A DNA stretch of 64,000 bases, taken from assembly GCF_006345805.1 (NCBI RefSeq), contig NC_043000.1, forward strand, positions 110,484,001 to 110,548,000, given 5' to 3'. The notes below the pieces were generated by a model. That model was not told the origin of the DNA. It ran no database searches and saw nothing but the letters and a program-made list of their open reading frames with translations. This DNA comes from Octopus sinensis. Taxonomy: Eukaryota. Shown one piece after another: positions 53,086-64,000 of this stretch (the first letter of the stretch is position 1; every line of letters begins with the position of its first letter). The position numbers and the translations under genes were made by a program.

Positions 53086-55625
53086 ACAATATCTGGCATA
53101 TTCAGCTTATTGCTGGTGTTATCATTAATGTAGCAGCTCTTCACTTCCGGTGGACTGAGGTGGTTGTTATTATCTAAAGTGAACGGACGTGTTAAAAGAC
53201 ATCTGAATAGAAAATTAGATTTTAACCTTGTTATATTCAATAAAAAAACAGAATTGTGATAGCATCGTCAAGAATTAAAAATAAAATCAAAAATAACAGT
53301 AGGTAATAAAATAAAAGACAAACAAAAATTGAAAATAGGATGAATTCAATCGAACAAATGCAACAGACAGACATTGAGAGCTTCACAAATGTAAAAAGTA
53401 ACGAATTTGCTTATGACAACGGTTTGGCTAGCATTGCTAGTCAGCAGGAGGCTTTCGACATACGCTGGCTCCCGGAAAAGGAAATAACATAAGCGTAAGA
53501 GGACAGTATCTTTTTGGCTTTCGAATTCATCGAATCACTGGCAAAGAGAGCTACCATACTTCTGAATTGCCAAAAACCGGAGGGGCTCTTCCATATGCCC
53601 ACAAAGCAGCTGTTAGATGTTTTGGCGGATGTGTAGAACGACGTGGTGTCTATCGACCAGGGAAGGGCTTATGTATGTGGGTGTCGGGATGGTGGTGCAC
53701 ATTTGGCAAACTCGGCAATCGCCCGGGGCGCTAAAATGAAGGGGAGCCTCCCCAAATAGTTTACACAAAAATATCTTAATCTTATGAAAAACACAAAACT
53801 TAATAATAAACAGAGCTGATTACGTCACTCACGGAATGAAGAAAAATGGAGGACATAGAAAGATAATGGAGGACATGGAAGGGAAACGAAAGGACGATGG
53901 GTTGTGGTGGTCTGTCACGTGATTTGGCGAGAAATGTTTCAAATTTTGTTCGTGAGTTAATTATAATTTTTTGCGTGTTTACTCCAACAGTTGTAGTGAA
54001 GGTGATGGATGGAGAAAGTTGTTGGAAAAATTGGAGAAGGAGGCTCTCGTTGTAGGGGGGTTGGAATAAATCGAATATTTAACAAAGAAAAAAACCTTGT
54101 CTAATTAGGATTTTTTACAAAAATTTGATCCCACCACACCTCAGATTCTTAAAGAAATTTAATCAGATGATGTAACTTCTCTATTTTTATCAATTAGGGC
54201 CGTGTGGATAATCGATACGATTTTAGGAATATCTCTGGTGCTTCAACTATTTGGGTTTCAGCTCCGAAGAAAGCCCAAGGCGTTAAATACTCTAGGACCG
54301 CTCCTGTGTGTGTGTGTGTGTGTTCATGTGTGGCATAATCTTTGAGATTGAGCGCGGGCCACATGTAGAGTTGGTGTCCACACATCTGCAGTGAAGCTGC
54401 ATTAACTGATGCAGTGATAGGCCTTGTCCTTCAGGAAGAAGCTAGGAAAAGCAGGAAAAAACAAGAGTAAATTCTGTTGTGTCTGGGGAGAGTCATTCTC
54501 TTTTGGTGCCTTATAATTTAACAAACACACTCACCGGTAAAATTTCCCCAGACAACAGAATATGCTTCAACACACGAACTCACATAAAGAATCTTGCAAA
54601 CCAAATCCCAAAACGAAGCAAGAGTAAAAAAAGACCCGTAAAAGGCAATGAGAAATTACTGCTGAATCTTCCTCAAGTGATGTCATGAATCTCCGAACTT
54701 TGGGTGACCATTGTCACCGATATCTGGAGGTCAGCAAGAGAGGGAAAGAGAGAGGGAAAACCAGAGAAGTAGGGGAGAGGAACAGCGAGAGGGAGAGGGA
54801 GATAAAGCAGTAAGGACTGCACGTGGAGGCATTTTGTCCAGAGGAACTGTAGCGCTGTAGTAGAGGAGGAGACGATGGAGGATGGAAGAGGAGCAGGGAA
54901 AAAAGAAATAGTGTGAAAGAGAACGAAAGAGAGAGAGAAAAGAGAAAGAGGGAGAGATAGATAGAGATAGATAAAAATTCAGTGCCTGGTATGTCGTTTT
55001 TGTTCATTCATTATATATCTTGAATTATGCTTGCACCGAGGAGTGAAAAGTGCATACCACTGCACTGATTACAAAATCACAGTGTGATATGCAGCTGAAT
55101 TCTGTTTTTAAATGACTTGCTTCAAGAGTTAGTTTCGGTACGATATGTTTATTTTAGTACTTTTGACTTTAAGGGTCCCTCCTAGCGTGTGGCATTTATG
55201 TGTAATAATGCTCTCTATATAATATAAATATATATATATTTGCCGCAAAGGCATTTTTTCAAAATACGCCAGCCAAGAAAAGTTAAAAATTGTCTGAAGT
55301 CGTAAGACACCCGCTGTTTTGTCCTGTTATTACTGTTCTTGTTTTTTATTTCTATTTTTGTTTCTTGTATTTATATTCGTGTGGCACCCTGTCCTTGTTT
55401 CGTATACATTCGATCCTTTTTCCAAGAAATCTAATGCTCGTAGCTTAGTTTTTCTTTGGGGCTGGCCGTATCGGAGCGATATCAGGATTAATCAGCCGAA
55501 ATTGCTAAGATGATCCGGTTCCCGACTGAAGATTAGAGGCTTCGAATGACCCGTCTGTTTTTTTGTGTCGTCTCTTTGTGTGTTTTTGCGTTCTTGTCCC
55601 ATTTTGTAATTTATATTTAATTTCT

Positions 55626-55713
<88 letters not shown>

Positions 55714-57339
55714 CAAGCAAGAAAGAGAGCAGTCAGCAGTTGAGGCAGTAACAACACAAGTAAACCGCAGAAACTGCTGTTTCCGTAATCCTACGGTTTG
55801 CAGCTCCGAAGATTACCGGACCCCCCGCCCCGACTCTGTTAACTGTATATCATTAATTGATAAATATAGAAATGTTACAGCGTCCAATTAATTTTCTTTA
55901 TCAATCGCAGAGCTTTAATTTCTGTAATTAATCCTAATTAGAAAAGATTTTCCTTTGATAAATATGCCGTCCAGTCACGTATTTCCGCTTCCCGAAAATG
56001 TTTGCTATAAAACACGTTATATTTGATCATATTGAGTTGGGGTTGAATTAATGAGATAAAATAAACCTCCCAGGGGTACTTTCCCCATAACGAATATACA
56101 CTTAAGCGTGTTAGCGGAGACTAATATATTTAATGAAATTATCTCCAGCCTTCCTGACATTAACCAGTTGACAGCACACACGTAATGAAGAGAGAGAAAA
56201 ATCCTTAGCTTCGAGTGTAGTTTTAATGACAAGGGAGGTAACTCCGAAATCCAAATTGATAAAAACTTTTCCAATCAAGGGCCCTGAAGAAATAAAGGGC
56301 TCATGGGCACTGCCTTTCCCTAGTTGTAAAGACGCTCCCTCCAACCTCATTTTAATGGAAGATATTTTTCTCATAACAAAGTTTGGGTTTTAGAAGCAGG
56401 TTTTCTTCTAGAGAACACCCAGAAATCTTTGAGAAGTGGTGAAAATGATTGTTCTTTCTTCATAATTCGTTGTCCTGTTTTTCCTAAATTCAATTCTTAT
56501 TAGTTGGGCCCCTGCTCAAAGAGACCAATCGCCAAAATATTTCTCATTACGAATACCAAATCTGCTGTTTATACCGAGTGAATGACTTGTATCAACCAAT
56601 TTGTATTTCCTTGTCTTTTTTTTATTTTTGATTTAAGGAAAAATTGTAAGTGAAGCAACCCCGTCAAGATCCCTCGTCGGCTCGAAAAAATTCAACTTAG
56701 GGAGGGTCAGGTTTTCTAGTGGGCATTTTCACGACACATTCCATACCATGCACGTCGCCTGGCGAACCCAGTCACCCCGATTGCCCCTTTCAATCGGCTG
56801 TCGGTAAAAAACAAAAATGGAAATGTCAACCCCGGAACATTGCTGCTTCGTCTCCTGGGACTCAAAGGAAAATTAACCTGGTTTCCAAGGCGTATAAGCG
56901 ATCGTGACCTCATCATCCCGCACTCACTGAACGGGACATCGTCTGTCACAGGGTTACTCACCTACGGCTGAATGACTGGATCTTAGCCGAGGATACAACG
57001 CACCGATTGGTTCGAGAATCAAAACCATGACCTTGCGATCGTGGGTGCAACGTCTGAACCACCGGGTACGCGTTCAGACGAAGGCTTCCCGAAACACGGA
57101 TCGACTGAGATACAAGAATCAGTCACACAAATGCCTCGTTATATGAACAGTGACGCGAAGATTGAATTTGTTTTCCGTGTGAATGTGGGCCTTACCCGTG
57201 TTGCACCGGAGGAGCGAAGGAACGAAAGGAACTTTTCCACCCCGGGTAGAAAAGAAGATGCTACCGAGTCATCGAAAAGCGTCACGTGAGTTACCCGTGG
57301 ACGTAGAGCAGTTTTCTTATTCGTTGCTTTTTGCCATTT

Positions 57340-57830
<491 letters not shown>

Positions 57831-58314
57831 TATTAAAAGCATATCCAAACGTTGTTGTACACGTCTCCATGTTTCTGCGATTGTGTTAATGTGTGTATAT
57901 GTGCGTGCGCGCGTAAGTGTGTGTGTATGCATGTATATGTATGTGTATATATGTAAGTGTGTGTTTGTGTGTGTAGTAGTAGTAGTAGTAGTAGTAGTGG
58001 TGATGGTGGTGTGAAACCATTGCATTGATTCCAGTCAACAACAGCATTTACAGATGTTTCCTGTACAAGAAAAATTTCCGAAGACCCTGAAGTGTAATTA
58101 ACAGGGTTAAATAAGTCTGAATATCAATTAGTTAAAATGTAATCAAAATTCCATTCCGTCATAAATTAAATTAATTTTCATACAAAAATGTTAGTGTACG
58201 AAGCGGAGAGGAAGTAAGAATGGATTTTAACGTCAGAAGATATAGACTGCCATATTGGACCGAGTTAATATCGACTTTCCGCTGCAGTTTCAATCGAGTC
58301 ATGTACTCAGAGGC

Positions 58315-58468
58315 ACGGGCGTGGCTGCGTGGTAAGAAGCTTGTTTCTCAGCCACACAGTTCTGGTTTCACTCCTACTGCTTGGCACCTTAGGCAAGTAT
58401 CTTCTACTATAGCCGCGGGCCGAACAAAGCCTTGTGTCTGGATTTGGTAGGCATAAACTGAAAGAAGC
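58315..58468 (+). mobile_element. 5' half of SINE family B, truncated by a family A array
   Basis: GGGCGTGGCTGCGTGGTAAGAAGCTTG..CCTTAGGCAAGT..AACTGAAAGAAGC. Confidence 0.75.
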
Positions 58469-58469
58469 T

Positions 58470-58875
58470 CAGAACGTAACGGCAGACGAAAAATTTATTT
58501 CTTTACTACCTACAAGGGTCTAAACACAGAGAGGACAAACAAGGACAGACAAACGGATTAAGTCGATTATATCGACCCCAGTGCGAAACTGGTACTTATT
58601 TAATCAACCACGAAAGGATGAAAGGCAAAGTCGACCTCGGCGGAATTTGAACTCAGAATGTAACGGCAGACGAAATACCTATTTCTTTACTACCCATAAG
58701 AGGCTAAACACAGACGGGACAAACAAGGACAGACAGACCGATTAAGTCGATTATATTAACCCCAGTGCGTTACTGGTACTTAATTTATCGACCACGAAAG
58801 GATGAAAGGCAAATTCGACCTCGGCGGAATTTGAACTCAGACGAAATACCGCTAAGTATTTCATCCGGCATGTAA
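58470..58875 (-). mobile_element. SINE family A tandem array (two full module-plus-spacer units, part of a third, then the head)
   Basis: Repeated CGGCGGAATTTGAACTCAGA at ~58470 (partial), 58640 and 58822, with GGACAAACAAGGACAGAC spacers. Confidence 0.85.
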
Positions 58876-58912
58876 ACCTTGGTCTCAGTATTGACAACAG
58901 CGTAGATATGGT

Positions 58913-58938
58913 TGACGTCAGTGGCTCAATCGACGTCA
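58913..58938. promoter_or_regulatory. Paired CRE-like sites (TGACGTCA and CGACGTCA) next to a (GA)n tract
   Basis: Perfect palindromic CRE at 58913-58920 and a 7/8 match at 58931-58938. No linked transcript was identified. Confidence 0.25.
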
Positions 58939-58951
58939 CGAGAGAGAGAGC

Positions 58952-59030
<79 letters not shown>

Positions 59031-60067
59031 AAATAAAAGCGTAAAAAGAAAAGGAAGAAAGCAAATGTTACCCGGGCTTGAGAAAAGCTGAATCTGGCGA
59101 AGAAAGCGTCGGAGGTGGAGAAGAAAAGGACGAGTTATGTCAGAAGGGAGCTGCGTGTAATAAGGTCGTCTGCTCGGTCAGAGCTGTAGATCAAGCTACA
59201 CAACTTGTAAACTTGATCAAAATGTCTGCCCAGCCGAGTTTACTTCACAGTTAACACATTTATCAGCTTTCTGTCTTCCTCCCCCGCATTGCAATCTCCA
59301 CCACCACTACACCTCGAGTGCAGGAAGTCATGCTAATTAAATTTCAAAGTTTTAAAAGAAAAAGATAAACGATGAAAGAAAAAAACAAAAACAAAATTCC
59401 TAACATAGTGTCCATTGATAGAGTCTATGAATGGTTTTATTTCCATAAATAATCCTGCCTAGTTTCTCATCTGTTGAGCAACAACTGAAGACTAAAGTGA
59501 ATGAACGTGTCCCGAAGACGGAAATGAAACGCCATAGAAGACGGTAGTGGTTGGTGGTGGTGGTGACGGGAGACGTAGTGCATAACTTGTTGAAATGTTG
59601 AGAAATGATAAAGTAAATAAGACATCATGTAAATAACTAAACTGGATTGAGAGAGAAAGCGTTGTGTTTGTAGATTCGAGAAGACTCAAGACTGAAGTTA
59701 ATTGATGAAACAGTAATGAGAAGGGGGAAAAAGTAGTTTTAATGGACAGAGGGGAGCAGAGAGGACATCAGAGTTTGAAGACGGGAGTTGAGAAGAAATA
59801 AAAGAAAGAAAGACTAGGGGAGAGAAGGAGATGGCTTGTATGAGTGAGTGAAGCTTGTATGAGTGAGTTGTGTAAAATCTGGTCAGTTCGTTTTTTAGAT
59901 ATTAAGATATATACATCTATATACAATGAAGGTGTGTTTGTGGTATGTGGCGGCAAGGGTGAAGGTTAGGATGGGAGCGGGGAGGGGGAAAAGTAGTAAG
60001 AGTTATATGAGTTTGTTGTTCGTGGGAGTAAATTAGTGCCGATGTGGGGGTGGGGAGCGGTATGGGG

Positions 60068-60123
<56 letters not shown>

Positions 60124-60245
60124 GTGTGTTCAGGATGTGTTACGACTGGAGCAGAGTAATTTACAGGAACTTACCTTCCGCCATTAAGGTCGTTCATTGC
60201 AAGAACGCTTCTGTTACACACACACACACGCATACACACACACAC

Positions 60246-60290
<45 letters not shown>

Positions 60291-60830
60291 ATATGCGTGA
60301 GTGTGTAGGTTTGTGTTGTATTTATTTTCGTAAGTTCTTGATTTAGAAACACATTCATAAATTCCAAAAGATAATATTTTTCTCCACCACCATCACAACC
60401 ACCACCATCTTATAATTCCTCTTCCTTTTCCTCCTCTCTCCATCCCACCTTCTCTTCCCATCACGCTCCTCGCATAACTGTTCCCCCCACCCCACATCAA
60501 CAGCTAATCAAAGTGCCTCCCCCAGTCTACTACTTCGCTTTGAGTCCACCGCCACCACCACCATTGCCATCGCAATCAGCCCTCTTCGGTGCCTCTTTCA
60601 ATGAAAAATTTCTTCAGGCACCACTAGTCTTGTTTTACCATTCCATAATCCTTCCCAATCTCCCTCTCTCTCTCCCTCCCGCTTTTTCTCATTATTTAAC
60701 AGCAAATTCCATTTAAAACCACCACCACCACCACCACCACCACCACCACCACCACCACCACCACCACCACCACCACCACCGCCACCACCACCACCGCCGC
60801 CGCCGCCGCCACTGAATATATATATATATA

Positions 60831-61316
60831 ATGTACATATTTCGTTTTTGTATTTGGTTTGCAAGATTCCTTATGTGAATTCGTGTGTTGAAGCATATTT
60901 CAGCGTGTCTGGGGAGAGTGATTCTCTTTTAGTGCTTTGTTAATTTAACACACTCACCGGTTCGATTTCCATTCATTTGCCTATTTATTTTTATCGAAAT
61001 TTTCGTTGCGTCTTGCAACGTTTTCAATAGTCGTTGACTTTGTCCGTTATCAAAGCTGCCCCATAACGGAGAGTCTGTCCGTGTTCGGAACAGTTCCGAT
61101 AACTGACAAAGTCAACAACAATTGAAAAGGTTGCAAGACGCAACGAAAATTTCGATAAAAATAAATAGGCAAATGAGTGGAAATCGAACCGGTGTGTGTG
61201 TTAAATTAACAAGGCACTAGAAGAGAATCACTCTCCCCGGAGACACTAAAATATGCTTCAACACACGATTCACATAAGGAATCTTACAAACAAACACAAA
61301 AACGAAATATGTACAT
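60831..61316. repeat. Foldback element with ~220-bp arms and ~47-bp spacer, TA-flanked, containing U3-A8 hammerhead-like motifs
   Basis: 60831-61050 is the imperfect reverse complement of 61098-61316. A shorter relative lies at ~54478-54610. Confidence 0.88.
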
Positions 61317-61342
61317 ATATATATATATATTATATATATATA

Positions 61343-61384
<42 letters not shown>

Positions 61385-61616
61385 ATACTAAGAAATTAAG
61401 GGTTTAGCAACGATTTGCCTCCCACCACACACCGGATTAGAAATAGCAGTCAAAAGAGTTTTGGCTATTCTTTCTACTTAAAAGGGAGATCCCAGTAAAA
61501 CCACAGCACCTAAAAGGCAAACAACGCAGGCAAAAGAGAAAGAAATTACGATAATCATTCTACATTAAGTCACCTACGGACGTACGTTTCGGAATTAAGC
61601 CATAGGAAAGCATAAA

Positions 61617-61686
<70 letters not shown>

Positions 61687-61689
61687 CTA

Positions 61690-62055
61690 CTCTAGGCACA
61701 AGATCCGAAATTTTGGGGGAGCGGGGTCAATCGATTCGATCCCCCCCCCCCCACCAGTACGTAACTGGTACTTAATTTATCGATCCCGAAAGGATGAAAG
61801 GCAAAGTCGACCTCGGCGGAATTTGAACTCAGAACGTAACGGCAGACGAAATACCTATTTCTTTATTACCCACAAGGGGCTAAACACAGAGGGAACAAAC
61901 AAGGACAGACATAGGTATTAAGTCGATTACATCGACCCCAGTTCGTAACTGGTACTTAATTTATCGACCCCGAAAGGATGAAAGGCAAAGTCGACCTCGG
62001 CGGAATTTGAACTCAAAACGTAACGCGGACGAAATACCGCTAAGCATTTCGCCTG
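61690..62055 (-). mobile_element. SINE family A with duplicated module
   Basis: Two AAAGTCGACCTCGGCGGAATTTGAACTC modules separated by the standard spacer. Confidence 0.85.
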
Positions 62056-62216
62056 TAAATATTTAGTAGAAGCAACAGAGTGACTCAAGGGCCGAGAGGT
62101 TCGTGATAGCTTGCGAAAGTGTCTTTTACTTTAGCCCCGGTTGACTAAATCCTTGTGAATAGATTACGTAGACAGAAACTAAAAGAAGCGTGTATGCGCG
62201 TGTGTATGTGTGTGTG

Positions 62217-62252
<36 letters not shown>

Positions 62253-62270
62253 TAATATGATATATATATA

Positions 62271-62311
<41 letters not shown>

Positions 62312-62379
62312 ATATATATATATATATAGATATATATATAATAGATATATATATATATTATATATATATATATATATAT

Positions 62380-62419
<40 letters not shown>

Positions 62420-62693
62420 GGAGCGCAATGGCCCAGTGGTTAGGGCAGCGAACTCGCGGTCGTAGGTTCGCGGTTTCGATTCCCAGACCGGGCATTGTGA
62501 GTGTTTATTGAGCGAAAGCATCTAAAAGCTCCACTCTTTCGCCACAACTTGCTCTCACTCTTTCTTCTGTTGGCCTGCTCGCTTAACCACTGAGGTGACG
62601 TCATTTGAAGGCTAAAACAATGTGAAGTGCATTGTGACCAGCGATGTGTAGCAACTTCTGATAGCCTGGTCGGTCACGGTGATCACGGTGATA
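62420..62693 (+). mobile_element. tRNA-derived SINE family T, near complete with internal deletion
   Basis: GGAGCGCAATGGCCCAGTGGTTAGGGCAGCG..GGTTTCGATTCCCAGACCGGGC; body matches 1-245. Confidence 0.85.
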
Positions 62694-63648
62694 TATATAT
62701 ATGTGACTGTGTGTGTGTGTATGCGTGTGTGTGTGTGTGTATGTGTGTTTCCCGTCACCACTTGACAACCGGGGTTGATCAGTTCGACTAAAACCTTTTA
62801 AGGCCCTGCCCCAGCATCAAATGATTAAAACAAATGGAAGATAAAAAGTTTCACACGTATCATTTATTCTATCACCCGGTTTGACCCCACCGTCATCGCC
62901 CCCACCTGGCCGTTGGGAACCTGGGTTCGATATCACTGCCAGGTATCATGAGCAAAGTCTCGGTCCACCCCAGGCGACACTTTTGGACGGCACTTGTGGG
63001 TATGCTGTATATGCTACTTTAGGTTTGGGCTCTCGGTGGTGATCGTGTGGGCGACGAACTCAAGGGCTGCTTCAGACGACACACACACACTCTAGCTATG
63101 CCACTGGATTAAGTTAATAGTACCCAAACCTATAGTATACTCAACCATATATACGCTAATTCAGTGAGCAGGTAATTCTGAGCAGGTAATCCAACTGATT
63201 GAACAACTGAGTCCGCTTCGTCGAAACTGACGGAAATCCACGTATATTCTTTTGCAAGCATTTAAGGCCAGATCTTTGCTCTAAGGGTAAGTACCACACT
63301 CACTCCCTTCCTTACACCAGGCTTACAGTGTCTTGTCAATACCAAAGAATAACTTGTAGAAACATATATACTGCTCTATCTTTGTAATATCTACAGACTG
63401 TGTCTGTCTAATTAACATGTACTGACTGGGTCTTATCAGCGCTTTTATATACACTCACTGTTCCTGCGTTCAGTGTAACCTAGATGGCATCTTTACATAA
63501 GATCTATCTCAACAACGCTCTCTGCTGTATCTCTCCCCAGCTCATTTCGTTTACTTAACAAAGCAGTGTATATATTTATTGTGTGACAGCATCTATTTCG
63601 GTTCGGCACTTCCACCGCGAACAGCCGAGTGCTACACACTTACTCCGA

Positions 63649-63740
<92 letters not shown>

Positions 63741-63852
63741 CACAGAAAATATACAGTGAAAATATAAACAAACTCCTACGCTAAGACATATCGCTTTCTC
63801 TCTTACGCACGCATATGTGTATGTGTTTGTGTGTGTGTGTTTGTGTATAATA

Positions 63853-63901
<49 letters not shown>

Positions 63902-64000
63902 GTCAATATCGTGTATAGGATGAGATATAGCGATAAAGATGAGTCAAGTACCTAATTTATATTACAATCATTTCATCTTTAAAAATGTATTTTGCACAAT

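Noticed and set aside
56000-57330. ORFs of 80-95 aa and an E-box (TCACGTGA) with a nearby minus-strand donor
   Set aside because: No recognisable domains, overlapping frames on both strands, and partly SINE-derived.
58470-58875. Regularly spaced repeats resembling a CRISPR array
   Set aside because: The 'spacers' are near-identical to each other and the units are SINE modules. The context is eukaryotic with no cas genes.
62420-62495. tRNA-like sequences here and at 170-245, 19460-19536, 46860-46950 and 57010-57070
   Set aside because: They have A/B boxes but no complete cloverleaf acceptor stem and continue into shared repeat bodies, so they are SINE heads, not tRNA genes.
63259-63286. Possible 28-nt plus-strand exon (TTTTGCAAG|..AAGG|GTAAGT, HLRPDLCSK)
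   Set aside because: Splice signals alone are expected by chance in 64 kb; no partner exons or homology.

Overview
AT-rich, microsatellite-saturated animal genomic DNA with almost no intact genes. The repeat landscape (tRNA-derived Meta- and CORE-type SINEs, RTE and Dong/R4 LINE fragments, C2H2 zinc-finger debris, long (TA)n/(CA)n/(AAT)n tracts) suggests an octopus or other coleoid cephalopod; this is inference, not a database result. Almost all ORFs in the supplied track are translations of simple repeats. The one clear host-gene sequence is a terminal exon of a divergent beta-tubulin (35067-35880, +) disabled by a TAG and a 5-nt deletion; I could not find its 5' exons in the window. Transposon remnants include mariner, Tc1, pogo, piggyBac, Helentron-like, RTE, CR1, Dong/R4 and Penelope-like (PLE) pieces. 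The most interesting signal is a set of minimal type-I hammerhead ribozyme (HHR) motifs in short elements that often have inverted termini and abut (TA)n tracts. They nearly all have a palindromic helix III and show three states of the core 3-8 base pair: C3-G8 (979-1042, 23984-24018, 18622-18677), U3-A8 (5295-5330, 61122-61153) and G3-C8 (34279-34329). All alignments and folds were done by eye, and repeat boundaries are approximate.
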